64,000 bases of DNA from a virus (lineage: Duplodnaviria > Caudoviricetes), in IMG/VR virus record IMGVR_UViG_3300030376_004895, positions 21,931 to 85,930 of that record; one strand, written 5' to 3'. How positions within the stretch are numbered: position 1 is the first letter of the stretch; each line of letters opens with the position of its first letter. This document shows positions 1 to 8,410 of the stretch, piece by piece. A program made the position numbers and the translations under genes. The notes beneath the pieces are model-generated. The model ran no database searches, was not told the DNA's origin, and worked only from the letters and a program-made list of their open reading frames with translations.

Positions 1-2
1 GA

Positions 3-1091
3 GCGCAATCCAAGACCGATTGTGAAACATGGGTCAAAGATACTGTGACTAATACACTCAACACATTCGACCTGGGTGATACGCGGACTACTCAGATAAT
101 CAGAGAACCTATCGCCTTCGAGCAGAATCAACGATCAGAGGTCAGGGAAACAGAAGTAGCAGGGCCGGTCAAAGCAGAGAAGGGTTCCAACAACCAGACA
201 TTCATCGCACAGAATTGGGATGGCGAGGACAAGACTGGAACCCTAACAACCAGAAGTATGCAACAGTTCATGCCTGACAAGGACAATTTCATGGCAGTTG
301 TTGAGCCATTGCATGATCCGGCTCCCACGTTAGATGCAAGCTACTACAAGGGAACAGGAGAGAGAGCAGGAATAGAAAGGCAGATCATAGCCGAAAGCAA
401 GGTATTCGATGCAAGAGGAGGAGGAGATGGTGAAACGGCCAACACCCTGGCGAGTGGGCGTAATGCGGCCGGAGTTAGTGATTTCACTCCTCTCGCAGTT
501 GAAGGTCGAGAAGTCCAAGTCTATGAGAATCATCCTTCGGATGGACGAGTCACCGAAGTGGACACTAGCCCCACCATAACTGCCAAAGCAGGGACAGGAG
601 GAGGCAATCTCCCATTGGTAAAGGAGGAAACAATTGGTTTCGATTGGAAGAATGCAGCTCAGACTAATTTCGATGAGAAACACTCAGGTGCGCCTGTGAC
701 CGCAGAAGGCGGGTTGGCAGTTGGCATTACTGCAAAGGGCAATGGGGATGTCTTTGAAAATGAGATTCACACCTCATTGAGCACAGGGGGAGGTATGCCT
801 GGGCAGGGTTATCCGGCAGTAAGGCAAAGCATGGCCGTGCGCCGACTAACGCCTTTGGAGTGCGAGAGGTTGCAAGGATTCACCGATGGCTACACACAGA
901 TTGCTTGGCGCAATAAAGCACCCGAGAATTGTCCCGATGGGCCTCGCTACAAGGCATTGGGCAATTCAATGGCGGTTCCGGTCATGAGGTGGATTGGAGA
1001 AGGTATTCAAATCGTTGATGATTTAGTGGGAAATATGACTGAAAGAGAAGATGCGGTATCAATTGTTCAGAAGTCAATCTTTGATTTCTGA
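3..1091 (+). CDS. DNA (cytosine-5) methyltransferase, C-terminal part (5' truncated by window edge)
   Basis: Frame is open from base 3. C-terminus RRLTPLECERLQGF...RYKALGNSMAVPVMRWIG matches C5-MTase motifs IX and X, preceded by a long repetitive variable region. Confidence 0.9.
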   Translation, partial: AQSKTDCETWVKDTVTNTLNTFDLGDTRTTQIIREPIAFEQNQRSEVRETEVAGPVKAEKGSNNQTFIAQNWDGEDKTGTLTTRSMQQFMPDKDNFMAVVEPLHDPAPTLDASYYKGTGERAGIERQIIAESKVFDARGGGDGETANTLASGRNAAGVSDFTPLAVEGREVQVYENHPSDGRVTEVDTSPTITAKAGTGGGNLPLVKEETIGFDWKNAAQTNFDEKHSGAPVTAEGGLAVGITAKGNGDVFENEIHTSLSTGGGMPGQGYPAVRQSMAVRRLTPLECERLQGFTDGYTQIAWRNKAPENCPDGPRYKALGNSMAVPVMRWIGEGIQIVDDLVGNMTEREDAVSIVQKSIFDF

Positions 1092-1099
1092 GGGATAGC

Positions 1100-2206
1100 A
1101 TGGCTCATTTGTTCAATCACTTCCCCCGTGAGATTGACATGAAGGCCAGGAAGGTCATCAGAAGTATCGAGCAACTCCAACACTACGTCAATGTCACTAA
1201 CGGGAAGGACAAACTCACAACAACAGTATATGGATTCAAGAAATTGAAGACGAATGGCAATAGGTGCGAATACAGCACCGCAATCATCCCTCATTTTGTA
1301 GTTGATCTTGACAAAGGCAGAGCAGATGAGATTCTCAAACTAACAGGGGATGCCGCAGGTCAGAGATGCACCGAGGATGCCCACAAGCTAGTCAAGCACC
1401 TATCTGAGAATGATATTCGTCATGCAACCTGGATGAGTGGTGGTGGCTACCATATTTGGGTGATGTTGGATCAAGTGTATGATTTGCCGACAAATGAGAT
1501 GAATGACTTGTTGTTCTCTGGTCGAGCATTGATCAACAAGTGGATTGGCGACATGGATTTAGTCACTATTGACCCCGTTGTGAGTTTCCGTCCTGATCGC
1601 CACATTGGAATCCCGAATACTTTCAATACGAAACGAGAGCTATGGAGCATCCCTGTCACGGAAGAAGATTTGGCTAAGGGATGGGGTCATGTGACAGAGG
1701 AGGCTAAGAACCCGAAGGGCGGTATGAAACCAAGTGGCAACAAGGGACTCAAGATTGAGATTGTCAAGAGTGATCCTGGCAATCCATACCTGTCAGGTAT
1801 GACAGGATATTTCGGGAAGTTCGAGGCGGCGGAAATTTCGGTATCTTCGAGAAGACTATCTGGTATTCCCATCTTACCCTGCCTTGATGCGGCTTGTTGC
1901 ACCAAAGGTGATAACCCTCCGCATCTTCCTCGCTCCTACCTCTCCATGTATCTCTTAGATTACTTCCATAATTTTGCCCGTCCGCGTTCCTCAAGCAAGA
2001 CTACGCCCCAGGATGCAGTATCAAAAGCCCATATTTTCATTCGTGATTTGGAATGGGCAGACTACAACCCGAAGATCACCCAGGAACAATTAGTTCATGC
2101 ATCTAACAGGCAATATCAGACTCCTAGTTGCCCGACCATATTCAGACAAGGACTGTGCGTTGGCAAGTGTGCATTCTATGATCAGAAAGGTGTTGAATCA
2201 CAATGA
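1100..2206 (+). CDS. Archaeo-eukaryotic primase, PriS catalytic domain fused to PriL-like Fe-S domain
   Basis: AEP motifs VVDLD, SGGGYHIW, RHIGIPNTFN. C-terminal ILPCL...PPH...TPSCPTIFRQGLCVGKC has the Cys pattern of the PriL C-terminal Fe-S domain. Confidence 0.85.
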   Translation: MAHLFNHFPREIDMKARKVIRSIEQLQHYVNVTNGKDKLTTTVYGFKKLKTNGNRCEYSTAIIPHFVVDLDKGRADEILKLTGDAAGQRCTEDAHKLVKHLSENDIRHATWMSGGGYHIWVMLDQVYDLPTNEMNDLLFSGRALINKWIGDMDLVTIDPVVSFRPDRHIGIPNTFNTKRELWSIPVTEEDLAKGWGHVTEEAKNPKGGMKPSGNKGLKIEIVKSDPGNPYLSGMTGYFGKFEAAEISVSSRRLSGIPILPCLDAACCTKGDNPPHLPRSYLSMYLLDYFHNFARPRSSSKTTPQDAVSKAHIFIRDLEWADYNPKITQEQLVHASNRQYQTPSCPTIFRQGLCVGKCAFYDQKGVESQ

Positions 2207-2253
2207 GTGAAAAGAGTGTTCATAATGGAAACGGAAGTAGTGAGAAGGAATGA
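2203..2253 (+). CDS. Possible 16-aa coupling peptide (MSEKSVHNGNGSSEKE)
   Basis: Translated by hand. ATGA overlaps at both ends (2203-2206 with primase stop, 2250-2253 with next start). No homology evidence. Confidence 0.3.
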   Translation: MSEKSVHNGNGSSEKE

Positions 2254-2378
2254 GTGACGAGTTAGAACATTGGAGCCAAGCACACTTTGGAGAGTTGGCT
2301 CTCTATCGAACGATAGCCGCTACTGTGAATACTATACTCTCAGTCTTGGTGTTAGCAAAACTATTCGAGTGGATATGA
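2250..2378 (+). CDS. 42-aa single-pass membrane microprotein
   Basis: Not in ORF track. MSDELEHWSQAHFGELALYRTIAATVNTILSVLVLAKLFEWI has a hydrophobic C-terminal helix and ATGA overlap with next gene at 2375-2378. Confidence 0.65.
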   Translation: MSDELEHWSQAHFGELALYRTIAATVNTILSVLVLAKLFEWI

Positions 2379-2647
2379 TGAGTGAAGATATTAGAGAAAT
2401 AAGGAAGAAGAAACTTGCTGAGGCTCTTAGCAAATTAGATGGAGATGATGAGAAGGAACGACAAGAAGTTATGGAGACACTACCCTGGGCCTTTCGTCTT
2501 AACAAGGAAACAGGGTTCTATGAAATCTTACAAGAGGGAAACATGGTCGCCATTACTCAGGATCCACAGTTTGGCCTTCAGGTATGTGAGATGTTCAACC
2601 GTTTGACGCTCATCAAGGAAACTTTTGGAGAGGATGAACATGAGTAG
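2375..2647 (+). CDS. Hypothetical protein (90 aa, start revised from 2270 to 2375)
   Basis: ATG at 2375 overlaps the upstream stop. Charged helical N-terminus MMSEDIREIRKKKLAE. Confidence 0.7.
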   Translation: MMSEDIREIRKKKLAEALSKLDGDDEKERQEVMETLPWAFRLNKETGFYEILQEGNMVAITQDPQFGLQVCEMFNRLTLIKETFGEDEHE

Positions 2648-2915
2648 CAAGGGAAAACTAGCTGAGATTGTCGGGATGCTCGACATAAATGATGATGGGC
2701 AGGTCGATGTTTGGGATATGACTCACTTAGTAGTTCGTCATGAGTTCATGTTCATAGCGGGCGTATTCATTTTCATCGGGAGCATAGGTAATGTGATTGG
2801 GTGGTGGAACATTGACTCCGATGCTTATTGGGCGGCGGCAGGACTAGCGACCATGCTCGAATACGTTGATGACACTAGAAGAATAAGGAAGGCGAAAAAG
2901 GATGACAAGAAATGA
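2640..2915 (+). CDS. Small membrane protein with EF-hand/dockerin-like loop, possibly holin-like
   Basis: DINDDGQVDVWD loop followed by two hydrophobic segments and a basic C-tail (RRIRKAKKDDKK). Confidence 0.6.
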   Translation: MSSKGKLAEIVGMLDINDDGQVDVWDMTHLVVRHEFMFIAGVFIFIGSIGNVIGWWNIDSDAYWAAAGLATMLEYVDDTRRIRKAKKDDKK

Positions 2916-3003
2916 ATGCACTTGTGGTAATAAATCGGCATGGCATCATCGCTATGGGATCTGCCTCCAATGTAAGAGGGCAATACCTGGGTGGTCTCGA
3001 TGA
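2902..3003 (+). CDS. 33-aa zinc-finger microprotein
   Basis: Not in ORF track. MTRNECTCGNKSAWHHRYGICLQCKRAIPGWSR (CxC...CxxC). Fills the gap exactly, with ATGA overlap on the ERCC4 start at 3000. Confidence 0.6.
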   Translation: MTRNECTCGNKSAWHHRYGICLQCKRAIPGWSR

Positions 3004-3701
3004 AGACTCTATTCATAGACCATCGAGAGCGTTCGGGCTTAGAGAAATTAGTCATCAAGTATTGTGATACAAAGGGACTTCATTATGAGATGAAGGAGAA
3101 CATGATCACAGACTATGCCTTTGGCAATGTTGGGTTCGAGGCTAAGACGATTCACGATTACATGGGTAGCCTGTATAGTGGGCATCTGGATAAGCAATTG
3201 CAGAATCTTGATGATAACTACAATCAATATTTCTTGTTGGTGCATGGGACAATCGACAATTATATCTCACGAGCTAGAAAGGGAGGGCGAAAGATACCCT
3301 TCGCTAAGATATTCAACGAGTTCCTGGGTTCGCTTGCTAGATTCCATACTGACTATGATCTCAACCTTCTCTGTTTCGCTACTACCTCGGAAGCAGCTAG
3401 GTTCATCTGCAAGAGGTTCGAGAAGGATGGGACTCTAGGCAAGTCATCCAAGTATCGTGTGATGAGGAAGACGGCATCAGAAGACAGGCGCGTGGATGTC
3501 CTGCGAAGTGTCGGTTGCAGCGAGTCAATTGCAAAGGCGTTGCTCGATGAGTTTGGCTCTATCAGCGAAATCACCTCACTTTCTCCGACAGAATTAGAAA
3601 CCATGCCTGGTATTGGAAAAATTACCGCATCAAAAATCCTCAACTGCTTTGTCAGCGAGGAACCAATAGTGGATGAAAAGGTCAAGATGAAGAGGGCATA
3701 A
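3000..3701 (+). CDS. ERCC4 (XPF/Mus81/Hef-type) structure-specific nuclease with C-terminal HhH motifs
   Basis: IDHRE, ITDYAFG, GFEAKTIHDY (ERKxxxD-like), FLLVHG, then HhH segments VGCSESIAKALL and MPGIGKITASKI. Confidence 0.88.
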   Translation: MKTLFIDHRERSGLEKLVIKYCDTKGLHYEMKENMITDYAFGNVGFEAKTIHDYMGSLYSGHLDKQLQNLDDNYNQYFLLVHGTIDNYISRARKGGRKIPFAKIFNEFLGSLARFHTDYDLNLLCFATTSEAARFICKRFEKDGTLGKSSKYRVMRKTASEDRRVDVLRSVGCSESIAKALLDEFGSISEITSLSPTELETMPGIGKITASKILNCFVSEEPIVDEKVKMKRA

Positions 3702-3702
3702 C

Positions 3703-5157
3703 ATGGTGATTGCACAGACTCAGGCCGATACCACAAGGAAGTGGTATGACTACCAAGTCGTCACAAGTCCCTATGATGGTAGCAAGTTTCTCCGCCGATA
3801 TGTGGAGAGGTTCAGCACAGTCAGTTTCTTCAATGAATACGCAGGATTACTCTCTTACTATTACGTTTTAGCCGCAAGCCTCGCCCCCTATGTCCGCATC
3901 CCTATTCATGGCGCATACATTGATTGCAGGTTGCACGTCTTCTGGATTCAATCTGCAAGATCAGGGAAATCTGTTGCATATGAGTTCATGTCAAAGGTCT
4001 TGAAATTACTAAGCATAGATACTGAGAAGTTTAGTGCGGGTTCGGATGCCAAGATGATAGGGACTACTCAGGAGATAAAGGTGGTTGATCCAAAGACAGG
4101 GAAACCAACAGGAGCAATTGAGCATGAAGTAGTTCCAGGACTACTCAATGGCTACAAGACTCTTCTATTTGACGAAGCAAGCATCCTATTGAATGACAAG
4201 AAAGCATACTTCTCTGACAAGATCCTCTTTTTGCAACAAGCAATGGCTCCTATTGGGACAGAGACTAACGAACTCGTCAATCACTTGAAGGGTGCATCCG
4301 TTCATACTCCTTCTGGAGTCTCCCTTTGGGCCACCACCTATCCTCCAAAGGACATCATGCACCATGTTCTCGACAAGGGGTTCTTTCAGAGAGTGTATCT
4401 TTTCCAGAATGACATCTCTACTGAGACAAGGCAGACGACAAGCGAGCATAGAGTAGCAGGTGCTTACAAGCCCGTGCCTGAGAGGCTATGGTCTTACGAG
4501 AACATAGCAAACGAAATGGCGAGCATCAGAGATGATGTGAAAGCCCGACTATTCGCTGGTGCTGGTCTGACTGAGGAAGAATACGATGCATTGTCCGATG
4601 GAGAGAAGGAAACGATAGCCCAGGATCATGCCTATGATACATTCACTCCTGGCCCTAACTATCACGTTGCCCTCCTGTCTGCCGTTGATGATTACTATTC
4701 CCTTATCCATTCCATCAAAGACCCAAACATCAAGCAAACTGCCATCGGATTCCTCCCAAATGTTGAGAATTACACGATGATATTCGGCAATTTGATTGCA
4801 GCTACTATGAGATCATCAGTCATTACTGCCGAGCACATCCAGATGGCAAGCGAGATGATTTACGACAACCTCCACAATCTCATCATCTGGTTGGAACAGA
4901 AGCAAGACTTCAAGGTCGGCAAGAAGAGGCAAGCAGACATTAGGGCATGGCGAGAGGCATACGGCAAGTGCAAGAGGAAAGTCCACGAGAGAACCAATAG
5001 GGAAGTCGTGCGAAAGTCTGACTTGGAGAAGATGTATTCCACTCTCAATGGCGTGAGTGTCAAGACGGCTCGAAGAAGGTTGGATGACATGATGAAGGCA
5101 AAAATGGCAATACGAGTGGCAGAAGGAAAGAATGCCTTCATCTCATTGGAGGCTTGA
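3703..5157 (+). CDS. MCM-like AAA+ ATPase/helicase lacking the usual N-terminal domain
   Basis: Walker A SARSGKS, helix-2 insert ending VVPGLLNG, Walker B LLFDEAS, sensor-1 WATTYPP, Arg finger FFQRV, probable C-terminal winged helix. Confidence 0.7.
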   Translation: MVIAQTQADTTRKWYDYQVVTSPYDGSKFLRRYVERFSTVSFFNEYAGLLSYYYVLAASLAPYVRIPIHGAYIDCRLHVFWIQSARSGKSVAYEFMSKVLKLLSIDTEKFSAGSDAKMIGTTQEIKVVDPKTGKPTGAIEHEVVPGLLNGYKTLLFDEASILLNDKKAYFSDKILFLQQAMAPIGTETNELVNHLKGASVHTPSGVSLWATTYPPKDIMHHVLDKGFFQRVYLFQNDISTETRQTTSEHRVAGAYKPVPERLWSYENIANEMASIRDDVKARLFAGAGLTEEEYDALSDGEKETIAQDHAYDTFTPGPNYHVALLSAVDDYYSLIHSIKDPNIKQTAIGFLPNVENYTMIFGNLIAATMRSSVITAEHIQMASEMIYDNLHNLIIWLEQKQDFKVGKKRQADIRAWREAYGKCKRKVHERTNREVVRKSDLEKMYSTLNGVSVKTARRRLDDMMKAKMAIRVAEGKNAFISLEA

Positions 5158-5843
5158 TGATGAAAGACTTGGAAGATTGGATGTCAAAGAATAACCTCCT
5201 GGCATTCAGGGCATTCTCTGCTACTGATGCGAGCGATCTGCCAACGGGTTGGACTGAACCAACAAAATTCACATTGGAGGCAGTAGCAGTATTCGATGGC
5301 CGACAGATGATACTCTTCACCGATGAAGTCCACAGGATGCTCATCAAGGACAAATCGACAAAGACCATGCCATTGGATAGTATTTCTGAAGAATTTGCGG
5401 CAGGTTTCGCAAACAAACCGCCCACTCTGATCGGCTATGGCTCATCCAAATTTGACCTACCGCTATTGAGACATCATCACCCCATCTTCAAGCAATCAAA
5501 TCACATTGATCTGAGTAAGATAGCCACCGATGCATCAGAGATACACTATGGGAGCTATGGGAGGAGGTATGACTTGCGTAGCCTGGCAACGACTAACCGC
5601 CGAAAGCAAACGGCCATGCCTCACCTCTCATTGATGATGAAACCCATTGCTCTGTTCTCTGAATGGAGGCGTGGGTTGGCTCGCAATGTCATACGGACTC
5701 TCGCCGCAGAGGTTGAGTTGATCGCAGAGTTATACTGCTACGTCAAGACCAGAGAAGAAATCAGAATAATTGATGAGAGGACAGACAGGCCCGTCACCGT
5801 GAATTGCGCTTTTGTGAGGGATCCCATAGGGGAGGAGGAGTAG
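5154..5843 (+). CDS. DnaQ/RNase H-like (DEDD) exonuclease-fold protein, catalytically degenerate
   Basis: ExoII-like LIGYGSSKFDLPLL and HIDL are present. ExoI DxE position reads AFRAF and ExoIII reads TLAAEVEL. Confidence 0.6.
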   Translation: MMMKDLEDWMSKNNLLAFRAFSATDASDLPTGWTEPTKFTLEAVAVFDGRQMILFTDEVHRMLIKDKSTKTMPLDSISEEFAAGFANKPPTLIGYGSSKFDLPLLRHHHPIFKQSNHIDLSKIATDASEIHYGSYGRRYDLRSLATTNRRKQTAMPHLSLMMKPIALFSEWRRGLARNVIRTLAAEVELIAELYCYVKTREEIRIIDERTDRPVTVNCAFVRDPIGEEE

Positions 5844-5844
5844 T

Positions 5845-6111
5845 ATGCCCCGAAGAGTTTGGCCCTGGTTGAGTCTCATTGACAATTGGGAAGATTTGCC
5901 CCCTTCTGTTAGAGGGCATTTGAGCGTGGGGAATTGGCATTATGTGCCTGAGCGAACAGAAGACATACATGGCAAGATTTACTTCACACTTCATGGGCGG
6001 ATTAAACCCAAAAAATGGGTTTGGGATGACAAGCTAACTGTTTCAACAGGTGATGGCTATCGTTTTCTTGAAATAATTTACAGAGATGATCCCGATTGGA
6101 AGGATGCGTAA
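5845..6111 (+). CDS. Hypothetical protein (88 aa)
   Basis: ORF in the operon, TAATG overlap with next gene. Confidence 0.65.
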   Translation: MPRRVWPWLSLIDNWEDLPPSVRGHLSVGNWHYVPERTEDIHGKIYFTLHGRIKPKKWVWDDKLTVSTGDGYRFLEIIYRDDPDWKDA

Positions 6112-6248
6112 TGCCCTGGATCTGTGACAACCCCAAGTGCGACAGAGAAATCAAAGGATTCAGGAATGGCCGAACCCTATGTCACGTCTGTCGGAGAGTC
6201 CGTGAGCGTCTGAAGACCAAGAAGACATGGAATGGCAAGGTGATCTGA
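6111..6248 (+). CDS. 45-aa zinc-finger microprotein
   Basis: Not in ORF track. MPWICDNPKCDREIKGFRNGRTLCHVCRRVRERLKTKKTWNGKVI. Start overlaps the previous stop and its stop abuts the next start. Confidence 0.7.
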   Translation: MPWICDNPKCDREIKGFRNGRTLCHVCRRVRERLKTKKTWNGKVI

Positions 6249-6542
6249 TTGGATAAAGCAATGAAAGAATGGTTAGAAGCCAACCCGACATATGATAAGA
6301 GAAGCCTAACCAAGAGCACACGAACCATAGGTCAAATCAAAACGGTTCTTTCAGAAGAAAGCCCGCTAACTGCTGGTGACATTGTGGTAGCCATGAAAAA
6401 GAAATGGAAACGAATCCCCACTCTTCAGCAAATTAATAACTTGTTATGCAAAAACAAACATGATTTTCAAAAGGTCGGCAAAATAAAAATCAAAGTCTCC
6501 TGGGGTCGTGACTATAGTGTCAATCTTTGGATAGCGATTTAA
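6249..6542 (+). CDS. Basic winged-helix-like DNA-binding protein
   Basis: LSEESPLTAGDIVVAMKKKW...TLQQINNLL followed by two beta strands, a wHTH-like pattern. Last + strand gene, converging on the - strand block. Confidence 0.5.
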   Translation: MDKAMKEWLEANPTYDKRSLTKSTRTIGQIKTVLSEESPLTAGDIVVAMKKKWKRIPTLQQINNLLCKNKHDFQKVGKIKIKVSWGRDYSVNLWIAI

Positions 6543-6790
6543 CGCTTAGTTTCCTTACGGCTTCCACCTGCACCTAGTTGCCTTCTCATCTTAGGTCGCA
6601 CGTTGCCTCGTGTCTTGTTCCTAGCGTATCTCTTGCGAGTCCTGCCACGCTTGACCTTGCGGCTCTGGTTCCATGCCCTAGCCTTGCCAGCCCTCTCTGC
6701 CCTGCCGCTAATGGTATTCTTCGAGTAGCCCTGGAACTTCCCCTTCTCCTCTGACTTCATTGAGTCCCACGCTTCATCGAACGCACTCAT
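6539..6790 (-). CDS. Small highly basic (protamine-like) virion core protein with AFDEAW..MK leader (start revised to 6790)
   Basis: MSAFDEAWDSMKSEEK then an Arg/Lys-rich tail. GGTGG RBS upstream and ATGA overlap with the upstream micro-ORF. Confidence 0.65.
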   Translation of the reverse strand: MSAFDEAWDSMKSEEKGKFQGYSKNTISGRAERAGKARAWNQSRKVKRGRTRKRYARNKTRGNVRPKMRRQLGAGGSRKETKR

Positions 6791-6963
6791 GATGCCACCT
6801 TCAACCTGGGCTTGAGCTTCTTCCAGACCTCTTCGCATAGCGGGCATTCCCATAGGAATATCCTATCCCTTGATCCGGCATAGAATCCATTGATGCGATA
6901 TGCAAGGACACGATTACCACAACCAGGACAGTCTTGGCTAATCTTATCCTGATATTTCTTCAT
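6787..6963 (-). CDS. 58-aa zinc-ribbon protein
   Basis: Not in ORF track. MKKYQDKISQDCPGCGNRVLAYRINGFYAGSRDRIFLWECPLCEEVWKKLKPRLKVAS (CPxC...CPxC), ATGA overlaps at both ends. Confidence 0.8.
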   Translation of the reverse strand: MKKYQDKISQDCPGCGNRVLAYRINGFYAGSRDRIFLWECPLCEEVWKKLKPRLKVAS

Positions 6964-8051
6964 CCTGTGTGCCCCGCATGAACGTAGGAGATCCTAACGT
7001 GAGTTGGTGTGCCTGTGTATCCGAGAGAACCATTGACTGTCACCACGTTAGCAGAAATAGTATAGTCCGTGCCTTGAACGAGAGTAGCGATGTGTCTAGG
7101 TGTCGATGTCTTGTAGATCGTGACCTCCATAAGTTTGGTCGTTCCTTCATCTTGGGAACCAAGTGGACTGTATGTTAGAGTCACATTCTTCTGTGAACCA
7201 TCGTAAGTGTCCGTCTTGATAGATGTCCTATGCGTGGGTGTAATCTGATACGCACCGCCTGTTCCCGATTGATTGACTCTCAGATCTGATTGATAGAACA
7301 GGTGAGTGCCACCACTACCGTCAGGATATGAACCAAGTCCTGCAGGATCGCGGGCGAAGACAAAACCCATGTCCGTTATTGGCAGATTCCCTGCATTCCC
7401 TGAGTTGAGGTTGTTCGCGGGCATCGTTGCATTCCCTGCTCCATTGACGAGAGCTGAGAGTGGCATTGGCCCTGGGCGTAGGAATACTCTCTTGTCCTCA
7501 AGGGATGCAACCTCGACTTGGTTGCTATTGTAGTGCAATCTTGCCGATGCTAGGACTATTGTTTGGTTAGCAAGATGCCCCGAGGGACTCTGAGGGTATG
7601 CTCCCGATGAAACATCAATCGCGTTGCCATAGGTGAAACCAATGTTGTTTGTCCTGGTTGGATCGAAGAACACCAGAAGGATTCTCTCATGATTAGCAGA
7701 CAAAGTAGGAGCTGTTGATGAGTTATACGTTGCATACCTAGCCGTTGCCGTCACTACATGGTATGTAGTCTGACTTATGGAATAGAACACCCCATCCACT
7801 ACGATAGTCCCTGCTGCTACTACAATCGACTGTGATCCTGATTTAGAACAGGCGCAATTTCCGGTAGTGGATGAGTTTCTGCTTCCTGAGTTGTAATCAT
7901 TGGAAACGACAGGGACGACACCATTCAACAATCCACGTTCATTGAAATTAGTCAGAGTAGGGCTTGCAAGGACATCAGTATCTCTCAGGCCATCTGTCTG
8001 ATATGATTGCGTGGCTTTCTCGTGACCTTCACCCAAACCTGCCATATTCAC
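6960..8051 (-). CDS. Tail-tip/fibre-base structural protein (363 aa)
   Basis: Beta-rich, S/T/G/N-rich (IVVAAGTIVVDGVFYSI...IVLASARL), at the distal end of the tail operon. Confidence 0.55.
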   Translation of the reverse strand: MNMAGLGEGHEKATQSYQTDGLRDTDVLASPTLTNFNERGLLNGVVPVVSNDYNSGSRNSSTTGNCACSKSGSQSIVVAAGTIVVDGVFYSISQTTYHVVTATARYATYNSSTAPTLSANHERILLVFFDPTRTNNIGFTYGNAIDVSSGAYPQSPSGHLANQTIVLASARLHYNSNQVEVASLEDKRVFLRPGPMPLSALVNGAGNATMPANNLNSGNAGNLPITDMGFVFARDPAGLGSYPDGSGGTHLFYQSDLRVNQSGTGGAYQITPTHRTSIKTDTYDGSQKNVTLTYSPLGSQDEGTTKLMEVTIYKTSTPRHIATLVQGTDYTISANVVTVNGSLGYTGTPTHVRISYVHAGHTG

Positions 8052-8410
8052 TCCTCCTCCGTGTTGTCAGGACTGACAGGTTTTTCCTCAATTTGGGGCG
8101 GCGGCGAATTTTGGCACTCATGCCTCAACTGCTGTTCGTGTGCGGCGAAGTCCTCCGGTGCTCCATCGAACTTGCGTGGCCTCCTTGCCTGGAAGCCACA
8201 CCTGCGGCATATCGACATCTCCACATCCAATGCCTTGTCCACCTCATGATCCTGTATCACTTCAATCATGTCTGCCTTCCTCATGCCAACCGCAACTGGC
8301 TCTTTCAGGTTCCTCAATGCATATCGCAATTGCTTCACCGTTGTCTTAGCGTAGTCATCAATGTATAGAGTAGTGTCATAATCAGGACGGATCATAATAA
8401 ACGGCATCAT
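8048..8410 (-). CDS. Small protein with HeH/LEM-like motif and Zn-binding CxxC...H..C
   Basis: TTVKQLRYALRNL...MRKADMIEVI, then CRRCG...HEQQLRHEC. Confidence 0.5.
   Translation of the reverse strand: MMPFIMIRPDYDTTLYIDDYAKTTVKQLRYALRNLKEPVAVGMRKADMIEVIQDHEVDKALDVEMSICRRCGFQARRPRKFDGAPEDFAAHEQQLRHECQNSPPPQIEEKPVSPDNTEEE

Noticed and set aside
2270-2374. 5' extension of ORF 2270..2647
   Set aside because: TTG start overlaps the better-supported 42-aa membrane ORF. ATG 2375 is translationally coupled.
128-5994. - strand ORFs within the replication block
   Set aside because: Antisense to motif-supported + strand genes.
6791-6853. 5' extension of ORF 6539..6853
   Set aside because: Overlaps the zinc-ribbon ORF. 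ATG 6790 has an RBS, an ATGA overlap and the shared leader.
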